Positions 13,015 to 26,538 of a stretch of DNA of 64,000 bases are shown piece by piece. Both the position numbers and the translations under genes were made by a program. Origin of the DNA: Lingula anatina (taxonomy: Eukaryota; Animalia; Brachiopoda); contig CM120642.1 of the NCBI GenBank assembly GCA_051362555.1, positions 17,484,001 through 17,548,000 on the forward strand. The letters run 5' to 3'. The notes beneath the pieces are model-generated. The model made no database searches and was not told the origin of the DNA. It saw only the letters and a program-made list of their open reading frames with translations. Position 1 is the first letter of the stretch. Each line of letters opens with the position of its first letter.

Positions 13015-16000
13015 AATAGAAAATATCTTAATCTTTGTGGAGTGTTTGTTGCACCATTCTTCAGTCACGAGGCATTTAGGTGAATGATTTAAATCATGCG
13101 AAAATGTTACTAAAATGGCTGCTAAGGACAGCACTATCATGTCGTCTTACATTTGTACATCGCAATGATAAATAGTTAAGATTGACAAGTACTTCATTTG
13201 TTTGAAAAATATACCCAGTAGCCATGTGGTTTTCTAACACTCACCATTTGGCCGAATACATTCATAGCCCCCGTTAGAGGGTTGACACATAATTGGTTGT
13301 CCGGGTTCTTTTTCTGGACAAGGGTTCGGATTGCAAGGATCTTGAAAACATAATAAATACACGTAATGCTAAATGTCTCATTAATTATTTATAACAGCTC
13401 ATTGCCAATAAGATAATGAGAAAATAATTAGATGTAGTACTGGCAATGTCTTCGGTTCAACTGATGTACAGTTGTTACCGGTGATGCGTGGTGACGTTTT
13501 GGCCTTGACCTAGTAGAAGACCATGCAATAAGGTCAAAACGTCGTGATCTACGTTTCGACGTAAGATCCAGTATTAGCTTTATTTCCTCATAATCTCAGT
13601 ATGGTTTTACTTTATGAATCAAAGTATTCACTTTGAGCTCGTTCCCAGTTCCATTATCTTCACGAAGTTAGAAGAATGAAATGCTCATTTAAATAACGTA
13701 CATTTCCTACATATTTAATGTTTTTCCAGCTAGCTTAAAATTTTAATTGATACAAAAAGTAGGTTAATCGTGATCCCCAATCCATTTTATACAATTAATT
13801 TTCTGCAACTTGAAGAAAATGTACGTGTACTCCTTTAGCCAATGCATATATACTCACCCTTTGCAACCGTCGTGGTGGGCAGAGTCGTGGTGGTTTTGGT
13901 AGTTGGTAATACTCCACACGTGTCTCCACTGTAACCAGCAGGGCAAATACAGGTGTATCCGTCCACCTTATCCACACAAGTACCATCATTTAAGCACGGG
14001 TTGGAGGAACATTCATCAACGTCTATCAGGCAGGTTGGTCCCGCATATCCAGCCTGACAGAGACAAGAAAAACTGTCGATTCCGTCGAGACATAGTCCCT
14101 TGCCACAGGGATTAGATGAGCATTCATCGACGTTTGTCTGGCAGTTAGTCCCTGTATAACCAACTTCACAGTTACACTTGTATCCGTTTACACCATCCAA
14201 GCAGGTTCCCCCGCTACCACAGGGGTTAGACGCACATTCATCGACGTTTGTCTGGCAGTTAGTCCCTGTATAACCAACTGGACATGTGCACGTGTATCCG
14301 TTTACACTATCCAAGCAGGTACCTCCGCTACCACAGGGATTAGATGAACATTCATCGACATTGGATTCACAATGCAAACCAATATATCCCGCTAAACAAT
14401 TGCATTTGTACCTGTCAATATCGTCGGTGCAAGTTGCGCCGTTCTTACAAGGGTTGGAGGCACATTCGTTAATGTTGATTTCGCAGGTGGGACCAGCAAA
14501 ACCAGAACCACACATACAAGTGAAACTGTTTATACCATCGAAACAAAGACCATTCTTACACGGATTAGGGGTACACTCGTAGATATCAGTCTCGCAGTTT
14601 GGTCCTGTAAATCCCGCTGGGCAGGTGCAGATATATCCGTTGATTGCATCTTTGCAACTGCCGCCATTTTGGCAAGGGTTTGATTTGCACTCATCAACGT
14701 TGGTTTCACAGCTATAGCCTGAAAACCCTGCGGGACACATGCATGTATACCCATTCACGCCATCCGCACACATTCCTCCATTGAGACATGGATTGGATGC
14801 GCATTCGTTTATATCGATTTCACACAAAGAACCAGTATGCCCTTCCGGACATACACAGTTATACCCGTTAACGCCATCTACACATGTTGCTTCGTTCTGA
14901 CAGGGGTCAGATGTGCATTCGTTGATATTGGTTTCACATGTAAGGCCGGTAAATCCAGGTATACATGCACATGTAAATCCTTTTACACCATCAATACACG
15001 TTGCACCATTCTTGCAAGGGTTAGATGCACATTCGTCTATATTGGTTTGGCATGTACGGTCGGTAAAACCAGGTTTGCAGGCACACGTGTATTCATTCAC
15101 AACATCAATACATGTTGCACCATTCATGCAAGGATCAGACGCACATTCGTTGATATTGGTTTCACAAGTAGGGTCGGTAAAGCCAGGTTTGCATGAGCAT
15201 GTGAAACTATCCACACCATCAATACACGTTGCTCCATTCTTGCAAGGGTTAGATGCACATTCGTCAATATTGGTTATGCATGTAGGGTCGGTAAATCCAG
15301 CTTTGCAGGCGCATGTAAATTCATTCACACCATCAATACACGTTGCACCATTCATGCAAGGGTTAGATGCACATTCGTCTATATTGGTCTGGCATGTAAG
15401 ACCAGCAAATCCAGGTGTGCATCCACATGTAAATCCATTCACACCGTCAATACACGTTGCACCATTCATGCAAGGGTTAGACGCACATTCCGCTATATTG
15501 GTTTGGCATGTGCGGTCGGTAAAACCAGGTTTGCAGGCACACGTGTATTCATTCACACCATCAATACATGTTGCATCATTCATGCAAGGGTTAGATACAC
15601 ATTCATCAATATTGGTTTCACATGTTGGGTCGGTAAATCCAGCTTTGCAGGCGCATGTAAATTCATTCACACCATCAATACACGTTGCACCATTCTTGCA
15701 AGGGTTAGATGTACATTCGTCTATATTGGTTTGGCATGTAAGACCAGCAAATCCAGGTGTGCATCCACATGTAAATCCATTCACACCGTCAATACATGTT
15801 GCATCATTCATGCAAGGGTTAGACGCACATTCGTCAATATTGGTTATGCATGTAGGGTCGGTAAATCCAGCTTTGCAGGCGCATGTAAATTCATTCACAC
15901 CATCAATACACGTTGCACCATTCATGCAAGGGTTAGATGCACATTCGTCTATATTGGTCTGGCATGTAAGACCAGCAAATCCAAGTGTGCATCCACATGT

Positions 16001-19000
16001 AAATCCATTCACACCGTCAATACACGTTGCACCATTCATGCAAGGGTTAGACGCACATTCTGCTATATTGGTTTGGCATGTGCGGTCGGTAAAACCAGGT
16101 TTGCAGGCACACGTGTATTCATTCACACCATCAATACATGTTGCACCATTCATGCAAGGGTTAGATACACATTCATCAATATTGGTTTCACATGTTGGGT
16201 CGGTAAATCCAGCTTTGCAGGCGCATGTAAATTCATTCACACCATCAATACACGTTGCACCATTCTTGCAAGGGTTAGATGCACATTCGTCTATATTGGT
16301 TTGGCATGTAAGACCAGCAAATCCAGGTGTGCATCCACATGTAAATCCATTCACACCGTCAATACATGTTGCATCATTCATGCAAGGGTTAGACGCACAT
16401 TCGTCAATATTGGTTTGGCATGTACGGTCGGTAAATCCAGTCGTGCATCCACATGTAAATTCATTCACACCATCAATACACGTTGCACCATTCTTGCAAG
16501 GATCAGACGCACATTCGTTGATATTGGTTTCACAAGTAGAGTCGGTAAAGCCAGGTTTGCATGAGCATGTGAAACTATCCACACCATCAATACACGTTGC
16601 TCCATTCTTGCAAGGGTTAGATTCACATTCGTCAATATTGGTTATGCATGTAGGGTCGGTAAAACCAGCTTTGCAGGCGCATGTAAATGCATTAACACCA
16701 TCAATACACGTTGCACCATTCATACAAGGGTTAGATGCACATTCGTCTATATTGGTTTGGCATGTAAGACCGGCAAATCCAGGTTTGCATGCACATGTAA
16801 ATTCATTCATACCATCAATACACGTTGCACCATTCATGCAAGGGTTAGATGCACATTCGTCTATATTGGTTTCACATGTAGGGCCGGCAAATCCAGGCAA
16901 ACAAGTACAGCTATATTTGTTGACGGCGTCTCTACATGTACCACCATTTTGACAAGGTGACGATTTGCATTCATCTATGTCAAATTGGCAGTTATTGCCA
17001 GTGTATCCTCTTTGGCAGGTACACGTATAGCCGTTGATCTCATCTTTACATAAACCTTTGTGTTGACACGGGATAGATGAGCACTCATCAATGGCAACCT
17101 CACATAACGGACCGGTCCATCCACCACGGCAAGTACAACTGTAGCCATTAACAGCATCATTGCACTTACCGCCGTTCTTACAAGGAGTAGAAGAACATTC
17201 GTCTACGTCTGTCTCACAGGTCAAACCCGTATACCCGGCCACACAATCACATTTGAATTTATTGACTTCATCTGTACAAAAGCCGCCATTTTTGCAAGGT
17301 TGAGAGGCACATTCGTCTATATTCGTTTCACACTGGACACCGGTAAAGCCAGCTGGGCAGGTGCATTTGAATCCATTGACTGTGTCAACACATCCGCCAT
17401 CATTTTTGCAAGGACCAGAGGCGCACTCATCAATGTTTGTTTCACAACGTTTGCCAGTGAAACCAGCCGGACAGAGGCATTTGTATCCATTCACTGCATC
17501 TATGCAAAGTCCTTTGAGACACGGGTTCGAGGAACATTCATTTACATTCACATTGCAAGTTAAACCGGAATATCCCGATAAGCATTCACAAGCAAATCCA
17601 TTGACTTTATCTGCGCAGAAGGCGCCATTTTCACAAGGCTGGGAGGCACATTCGTCTATATTTGTTTCACACTGGACACCAGTGAACCCAGCTGGGCAAG
17701 TGCATTTAAATCCATTGACTTCATCGACACAACTTCCGCCATTTGTACAAGGTTGGGAAAAACACTCGTCTATATTTGTTTCACAATGGACACCTGTGAA
17801 CCCACCTGGACAGGTACATTGGAATCCATTCACTCCATCGACACATCTGCCGCCATTTTTGCAAGGTTGGGAAGCACACTCGTTTATATTCGTTTCACAA
17901 TGGACACCGGTGAACCCATAATCACAATGACAAGCGTATGCAGCCTTAAGGTCGCGGCAAGTGCCATGTTTACACGGATTCGATGCACACTCGTTAATGT
18001 TTGTCTGGCAGTGTTTCCCAGTGAAACCAACATTACAAAGGCAAACGTACGTATTTACACCGTCTAGGCATCTTCCGTTTGAAAGGCATGGGTTAGGATT
18101 ACAATCGTTAATGTTTATTTCACATTTTCTTCCAGTGAAACCAGTTGGACAAGAACACTTGTATCCTTCAGCAGTGTTTGTACATTTACCGTCATTTTGA
18201 CACGGGGAACTAAAGCACTCTGGAATAGATGGAAATTGACCATTAGATCTGTAAGATTACAATATAGCATATGGATTATCTTGGCGTCAGTATCCATATT
18301 TACTTAATAACTAGTTAGCCTGGCTCTTGCTTTTACCAAACGAAACAATAATTAAAATACACGACTTTCGTCAGTTAAACTCGCTGGGATGTTCTTTCAT
18401 TCATCTAAAAATAAATATACCATACATGTATATATGTCACAGGCAAGATTGACGTCCAGACCGGCAGATGTTATATCCGCCTATTGTCTATAGGAGAAAG
18501 TGACATCGCAATCTTGCCTGTATTGGTTTTAAATCCACTCAGGCCTGATTGAAAGTTAAACACATTTTAAAATCATATATATATCTTAATCACATCCTCA
18601 ATAGAGCCATTTTAGTTATACAACATATGGTTAAGAAAATCTTGTATTCACTGCCGTGCATATGGGGGTGACAACACGTTTGCCTCACAGAGGGGCCTCT
18701 TTCGCTGCACATCAGTCTTGCTGTACTTTGACAAACATTTTATTCATTATACTTTTACATTCTTAACCACAGTCACTAGCTGTTGGTGATGGAGAAGGGC
18801 TTGAAGGCTGTGCCATATATTTCACAAAAAAGTGGAAAAATATATGACAGCTCAAGTCTCGGTCACAACCAGCCGTACGGACTCTTACAGCCTATTTGCT
18901 TCCAAATTCCACCTGTCACGCAAGTCTTATTTGCGAAATTTGGAGTTCGCGCGTACGGAGGATATTGGGTATGTTCAAAAGATTCTACGAAAAATCTCCA

Positions 19001-21330
19001 AAGAGCGAGGCCGCAAGCGTAAACTTGCTCCCCTCACAATAAGTTCGCAAGTGAGACGTGCGTGGTCCAAGACGCACGTCGCAAGCAATTAAGGAGCAAG
19101 TGCCCTTTGCGTGTTGAGTACGGCACACGCCCTTACAGCTAACGCACAAAGTCGAAAGCTCGACGGGTGTGCGTAGCACGTCCGTGGCCCCCACGCCAGG
19201 AGTACAGTTAACGTCGATTGTGCAACGTGCACAACATTTTTCAGAAAAATACAAATGCTCAATTCAGCTACCTATACCTGCATATACCTCCAAAAGGCAA
19301 GGGAAAGAGAAGAAAAGTAGGGGGAAGTAGAAAGAAGGGGGCACAGTTGGCAAAACTGACGTACGCCGTCGGTACGTCATCACAAGCGTGTGAGGCAAAT
19401 GTGAAGCAAAAGTGACGCCGTGCATTCCCTTCATAATTGGTGAGTGCGTTCATGTGCTCAGGTAGAAAGAAAAACTCAAGAAAAGAGTACAATCTCCACG
19501 GTCATCGCAACTTGCAATTAGCGTCCCTGATCGAAAAGACATCTCACGTGGGCCCAGCGACTCGTAAGGCACCTTTACATTGCAAACTTTCCTCTACCTC
19601 TACGAACTCCACGGATTCTACTGCACCCAATATTCGCAGGGGACGCACGATCTTAAAAATTGTGCGTCCGGTTGTTAATGAGGCTTTAACAGTTCAGGGA
19701 AAATGTTTGTGATGTAGTGTTATTATTACTAACCGATCAATTATCTCATTAAACCTTTCAATTTGTTTTACTCATTGTGCTATACATGTATTTTAACATA
19801 CTTGTGAATGATGTCATTTTTTTTTGTGTTAGATTTATGTATGTAGTTTTTATTTCTCTCAGCCTGGGTTGGTAAAAAAATTACAAAATAAATAAATATC
19901 TGAGACAACAAGTATTTTTCCTAAAATTTCTGTTCTGTTTTACCTGAGTTTTCTACACATGACATATTATGGCAGTCATATTGTAAATGTGATGTTTAAA
20001 TCCACAACCACTTCCTTTTCCTGTTTTACCTGAATTGCCACACCTATAGCTACCCGGTCAAGTGTTTTTAATACTTAAGGCCTTGGGCATTGCCTTACCG
20101 TTGGTGCCAGAATTTTCCATTCCCCCGAAACTGTTTCATTCATAGCGTCATGTAAGAAGTTTGGTGTTTATCAAAGTGTTTATCAAAATACATACAGGGC
20201 TGTTATACAGCCCTGGGAAAGCTCCTGTGAGGCAAAAAAGTAATAAAAATAAAATTGTTCTGTATTCCCGCATATGCAAGATAGTTAATAAAAGATGTAC
20301 TAAACGATAGATTCTATAACTAATATTGCTTTACTACGGACGTGATTAATCTATTCACAATTAGTCTTTTCCTAATCATATTTTAAATCTGCCTGGATTT
20401 CAATCTTGCAAGATACACACACACACATAAGCGTTCATGAAGCCAAAACATATCGATTTGATTTGATTGTTATGCATGAAATATGTTTCCAATCTAAAAC
20501 GCTCTATTGCGATGTAGGGTGTTCCATTCACAATAAATATCAAAGTAAACTGTTACTGATTTTAAACAAAAGCAGCGCATTTACCGTTACGGACACACGT
20601 TGGTGCCGACCCAGTCCATTTAGTTGACGATCCTTGAACTTCACATCTTCGCTCGAGATCCCCAGCAATAACTGTGTAGCCAAAGTAACACCTGTAGACA
20701 ATGCTTTCTCCTACGTTGTTTCGGTCCTGAATCGTTTTGGTTTTAGATGGACTTGAAGGCATCGTGCATTCTGGGTAGTGGGAAATATCATGAAAATGTT
20801 TAGTTGCATCATAATGTTGATTAATCCTCCTTTTTATTTTTTTCGTTAATGTCTGAAAATGATATTGGAAATTATCACCTGTAATTATATGTGATCTTTT
20901 TGGATCGTTTTGCGCAAAACACGTAAACTATACCTACGTCTTTTTTCACAGTTGCTGCCACCAAAGCCAGCAGGACATTCACAACTATAACCAGTGTTCT
21001 CTGCGGAACCAGAATTCCCCTTCGGTTTAAATAAAGCGGAGACTAACCCCGAGATAAAGCTGTCTTTACTCCGTTTGCGTCTTTTATTACCAGTCTCCTT
21101 GCATTTTCCGCCGTTTTTACAGGGGTTTGCAGAACACACCGTTGCTGTTGATGTTGGTCTTGAAGTTGTTGCACCTTATGTGAAAAGGGCAAAATATTCA
21201 ATCGATCCCATGGCCAGTTATGAATTAGGGCGTGCCTACAGATCAACCGTGAAACATACCAGATAATGTAACAACGGTTTGGAACAAAAGAGGCAGTCAA
21301 GCCTACCAGGATTGATAGATTACGTCTTAA

Positions 21331-21385
<55 letters not shown>

Positions 21386-23760
21386 AAATCCTTATATTAT
21401 GCAAATTTTTGGACGTTTTCAAGAACACCGAGAATAACCCATTATTAATCAAAGTTAATTATACTTATTTTACCACCCTTGATTTTCAGCATTCGTCCAA
21501 ACGTAACCTCTATGTGTCTTAGCTGTCTAGCAGATGATATAGAATATTTCAATGTCCGTTCTGATATTTTTTTTCTGTCTGATAGGCTTTCCATTTAAAT
21601 CTTATTCACAACAAAACGAAGACTATGCTGAACACCATAAGGAATGGAAAAAAGGGAAACATATTTACCTGCCCGCTTCTCGCAAACAAACCGCCGTAAT
21701 CCATTGCAGTCATCATCTCGTATTTTTGAAGTGTCGGTTGTTTTTAAATACCCACATGTGCTACCTCTTTCTTAAAGAACACGAAGGCATTTGTGTCAGT
21801 TTGTAAACACGTTAATAAGTGTAAAATGTTCTTGAAAATTAATACAAGTATTTATACGGCCAAATGCTCACAAACTCATCAAAGTTCTGTTTTTACCTAG
21901 GGGAAAAGGTACATTAGGTCTATATGAGAAAAAAAACTATCATTTATCTTTTAAAACAAACATTGACCTGTGTGAGTCTTGGCCCAAAATGATTGATAAA
22001 AGACCCGAGTGGGAAACAAATACAAATGTACTGAAATACTCACTAGTCTTACACCTGTCGTCAGAAATGGCCAGATATCTGTAGTAAGTTCCCGTCACAG
22101 AACTGAAAATCAAAGACAAAGACCAAGCCTTAAACCAAGATGACGATCATACACACGCTTAAAGAAATATTCAGTTCCAATCTATATATCTATATGCTAC
22201 ATATGATTTATATTTCAGGCAATATCCTTCTTCGACTGCGTTCTAGGTCGGACCCTAAATTTGCCCTACCCTCCATCGTAAGAGCGCTCTGTATACATTA
22301 AAGTGCTTTGGGATGTTCAAATTGGTTAGGAAATTATCTATAGGACTCTATTGATTGACTATGACCTTAGTTTATTCCCCCCCCCCCCCCCCCCCCCGTA
22401 GTCTCTGTTCGTAATTCAGTATCCGGGATATTGCTGCTGGCGTTGGGGGGGAGCATGTATAAAATTGACCATTTTCACTTGTCGTGCTTTTATTTACTAT
22501 TTTATTAATAATTAATTATTGTTGGGGGAGAAAGCTTAAATTTATATTTGAGGTATCAGAGGAGATATATGGATAGGGCATGTGCCACACTGTGTCTCCC
22601 AGGGATCCGTCATAATATAAACATACCTTTTTTCTCTTTATTTTGACTGCAACAATAATGTGATAGGATATAAAAAAAGTGATATGATATAGCACAACAA
22701 TCTTTCTTTCACTAAGCAGTAGCTAAACAAGAGGACAAATGTATATACTCTACCTTGATACATTGTATTAATACCCTATGTCTGTGATTGATATTCGCTG
22801 TTAGATGTATTAACTTTTCACATTTTAGTGAAGGATACATATATGCCTGTAAATATCTTTAAATCAACATAATTTGGTAAACAGCTTAATTGTTTGTAGT
22901 TACCTTGGTTTACAGGAAACTGACGATCTTCTGACAGTGAAGCCGACCCACGCTTCCCCCACGTTCTTTATCAAATCGGACAAAAAGTTATTCTCGTCCC
23001 TACTGTCAACCACGGCGAGGGTTCCCCCTAAATCCTGGCAGACTTTGTGAGCGAATGCCCATGTCTGTTTGGTGCAGGATAGTCTAAACTGCGTACGAGA
23101 ATTGCCTCTTGGATACCCAACCCACTCAGAGTTTAAACATGAAACTGACAAAAGAAAAAGAAATGAATGATGTTTTTTGCCAAATTGTGAAATTGTTAAC
23201 TTTTTTGTATCTTCAATCTGCCTCACAAAAGATGAATTGGCACACCGATATAAACAATTGAAGTTGTGGCTTATATATATACATGTACATACGATATCAC
23301 GTTCATTTTGTCCTTTTTGTTTTCAGTTTGGTATTTTTTTATATGAAAAGTCACGTTAGGAAAAATAATCCAAACGTTTAATTAATAAAAGTGTGCGTGT
23401 GTTTTATGAAGCCGATAAGGTGTTCGTTGAACCTATACTTTGTCCAGAATGCATATCGGTTATTACTTTTCGCCCAAATTCCAAGCTGTCTCTTTAAATC
23501 CGGTTAACACGAGCTAGCTTTAGATAACACTCCCCCGCTGTCTATGGTAAACATACTGCCTAAAACCCCTCTTAAAGTGTGATTAAAAGGTACAGGTCAC
23601 ACGTATATTCACGTGAGATACAAGCTGTTGTGTAATAAAAGTATCAAAACATAGTATAAGGCATTTTAGACAAGTATGTGGTGTTGTCAAATGAAGCTTA
23701 TATATTCTGATTTTTAAGGATGAACAGCACAAATATTGTATATTCCAAGCCCCCCCCCCC

Positions 23761-23791
<31 letters not shown>

Positions 23792-24054
23792 GAGATGTAA
23801 GTGCTACAGTTGACCACGAATTTACTTCCTGTCGAATTGATAAATCGTAAAATGCGACTGACGAGAGTGAGGTACTAGCTTGTTTCTTTTCGAAATGCTA
23901 AGTTATAAAAACAATGTATTAGGATTGTTGACATAGAAATATCAACGATACCTTGAGAAGATCCGCCCATTTTGTCTTTCCACCCTTTACCCCACATAGC
24001 AAGGGCAACAGGACAGAAAACTGTCAAAAACCAAAGCTGTAAAAGTATCTTCAT
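12527..24054 (-). CDS. Gene C: secreted signal peptide-CTLD-furin-loop EGF-CCP-38xEGF-miniEGF-VWC protein (predicted 1871 aa)
   Basis: Exons 24054-23952 ([19 protein letters not shown]), 23144-22904, 22102-22044 and 21770-21669 (CTLD: [29 protein letters not shown]), 21174-20938, 20770-20585 (CCP), 18219-13858, 13340-13245, 12967-12853, 12641-12527 (TAG). All GT-AG and in frame. Confidence 0.87.
13858..18219 (-). CDS. Gene C 4362-bp exon encoding 38 EGF repeats plus a poly-Thr linker
   Basis: ORF 13835-17833 extends without a stop to acceptor TTCCAG at 18220. Donor G|GTGAGT at 13857. 38 units counted by hand. Confidence 0.93.
18439..18521. repeat. Small hairpin / MITE-like inverted repeat
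   Basis: ACAGGCAAGATTG (18439-18451) ... CAATCTTGCCTGT (18509-18521). Confidence 0.5.
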
Positions 24055-24608
24055 CCTTGATGTCTTCTGTACCCCTTGGTGCATCGGGCAAGTGAGCTAT
24101 CTCTCTAGGTGCCTTCAAAATCTAAGGTGTGTTTCCATGTAGTGAAAAATGACTGTACCTGGCTTTGACCTTATTTGATATCCACCAACAAACAATCAGT
24201 CCCATTTTTTCTAATTAACATAAAGCTTAACCAAAATTAGTATTAAAAATATAGTGCTATTTATCAGATATCAGGCAGTGGTGTCTTTTATCCTGATGTG
24301 AACCAGGATCGTACAGGGAACAGCCTACTTTGCATGTTTGTATGAGGAACTAGGTGAAGGCCAAAGCCTGTGCACGATAAGGGTTTAGATGTCACCGTGG
24401 CATCATCCATCTATCATGAAAAGAAGGCAAGTTGCCATTGCTCAAGATTACGACTGTCTTTGATAACTGTTTAATGGTACACGGCGATTAATTGGGGCAG
24501 AATAACTTACGTTTTATTAAAATAAAATTGGATCGCAGTTCGATATTTCCCTTGATTCTCATTGTTAACTAAACACTTCCTTTATTATTTATCCGTGAAC
24601 TTAATTGC

Positions 24609-24611
<3 letters not shown>

Positions 24612-24681
<70 letters not shown>
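24612..24681. repeat. (TA)n microsatellite
   Basis: Direct reading. The tract is much shorter at the paralogous site near 48180. Confidence 0.95.
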
Positions 24682-24687
<6 letters not shown>

Positions 24688-25430
24688 GAATATCTTAAAT
24701 ATATATTAGACCAGGCATTTAATTACGCTCCATCCAAAACGAATTTACTTCGTTCGAAATAATAATTGTCCCCAAGTGGGTTTCACAGGGTCGCTGATTA
24801 ATCTATTTGTATTTAGGCATTTCAAGTGCAAAACGGACGGCATACAGTTTTCTATTGTGATCAGCACCCAGAAAACAAGGTAACAAATTAATTACGGCAA
24901 CATGCTGCTGTTTCGCCAAACAAGAAGCAAAGAAGGGACACACCGCGGTGCTTATGTCGAAATTCATTCCTTTTCATATTCCAATACACGGTTAAATTCA
25001 GTTAGGTTTCTGTAACGAACATCTCTAGCTGTTGATCACCCTGTGAATCTTACTGACATCGGCGCTTACTGAACATCTTGCCAGTTAATAAGTAATAAAT
25101 AACTCAAATATATCACAATTGATTGTCACTCAGAGGATAGCACCAAGTGTATGGCACCATTTACCCTCTTATCAATGACATTAGAAGTAAATCTTGTAAT
25201 CATATGGCTGTTAAGTCTAGCAATTTTCTCTGTGTAAATTTCACCAGTTACTGATGGATCATAACAAACGAAATAGATTCAATTTTTGAAAAATGTTATG
25301 ACCAGGTGCTGGAAAAACACTTGTAAAACCCTAATATTAATTAAAATATTAATCTTAAATATTAATTTTAAAGTCATCCACAAACTATAGGATAACAATG
25401 CGTTTGTTTGTGATTATGCCAGGGGTTTTA

Positions 25431-25664
25431 CAATTTGTCTCATTTAACGTTCACTTACTGTTCTCAGTCTATTCTAGAACATTTGGTGTGTGTTCTTTAC
25501 AGTTCTAATGTTGTTCTTAAATGAATGTAACAGTTCTAGAACTATTTTTGGAAAGTCATTCAGAATGTCATAGGACAGATTAAGAACATTTTCACTAAAA
25601 GAGAAAAACATTATGTTCTAGGACAGATTGAGAACCGTAAGTGAGCGTTAAATGAGACAAATTG
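25431..25664. mobile_element. Palindromic MITE-like element (paralogous copy about 48754-48996)
   Basis: Terminal inverted arms CAATTTGTCTCATTTAACG.TCACTTAC.GTTCTCA.TCT.T.CTAGAACAT. Confidence 0.7.
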
Positions 25665-26291
25665 AAGGGGATATACACCCACCGCAGTGTCATGCCTTTA
25701 GGATGATAAAAGGTAAACATAGCCTCCCAGGATTATCATATGACAGCTGTGGTAAATGATCATTTAAGGCAGCTGCTGCATAGTTATACCAAGTTGAGTT
25801 TCTGAGGTCAGTAAAAATAAATAATTATAAAACCCATTTCAAATATGTTTCAATACTTAACACCAGGCTCGTGTGATTGTTATTGTTGTCATTGTTCTGA
25901 CTTGTATGTTCTATTCAGTATGATTTACTGTAAATTTCGGCAATCTTTACAAAATCCTTTATTTGTCTTACTTATTTATTTGTTCATTTATTTATTTATT
26001 TTTAATTTTCATACCTTAATTACTAACCTCATTAAGGACATGGGGAAGTTAAATGTTAAATTCAACATGTTTTCCCTCTAATAGATAACATTTAATAACC
26101 TCCCGCCCCCCCCTCCCCCCCATTGCTTCACTATCATCTCCGCCGTCTCCACTCTGCTGAGATATGCTGAATACGCTGCTGAGCTTCCAGTAACCCCCTT
26201 AACACAAGATGTAAGTGCACTTTACCGGGTAAACAACCTTTAATCAAACTTCACGCGTGTCTCAAGAGCTGGGAGATAACTGATAGTGCAA

Positions 26292-26449
26292 TGACTCAGA
26301 CTGGGCCTGTGGTTATAAATGTGTATCCGTTGAAATTGACACATGTCATTAAAGATAACGCTAAACATTATAACACATTTATTGCGTATATTGAATCATA
26401 AAACGCCTGATAAAATACCTAATCGGTCCCGATTGTTCGTCCATATAAA
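26292..26449 (+). promoter_or_regulatory. Putative serpin promoter: AP-1 site (TGACTCA 26292-26298) near GATA motifs, and TATAAA at 26444-26449
   Basis: Motif matches about 90-250 bp upstream of the ATG, conserved in copy 2 (56871-56877; 57023-57028). Motif evidence only. Confidence 0.4.
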
Positions 26450-26538
26450 TGACGTCCCTTTGATATCAAAGCCAAGCTGCCCAGCTAGAGCTCACAGTCT
26501 AGCAAAACGCTTTAACGTGGACCTTACAGAAATCAAAC

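Noticed and set aside
14913-16952. Long antisense ORFs (679 aa, 353 aa; also 1121-2335 and 37758-38528) and same-strand shadow ORFs such as 282-938
   Set aside because: They are by-products of a 114-bp repeat unit that lacks stops in other frames, show no domain signal, and end where the homogenised core ends.
13858-18219. Calling these genes Notch, Crumbs or fibropellin
   Set aside because: There are no LNR, TM, ankyrin, laminin-G, CUB or avidin domains. The similarity is limited to generic EGF repeats.
18780-19690. GC-richer intronic block with several short ORFs
   Set aside because: Probably a TE remnant, but I could not find matching termini or a recognisable protein, so it is not annotated.
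22626-22781. Possible 28-bp and 20-bp micro-exons with AG/GT borders conserved in C and D (46052-46221)
   Set aside because: Their phases do not chain into an open frame, and the flanking CTLD exons (ending 22904, starting 22102) already join in frame.
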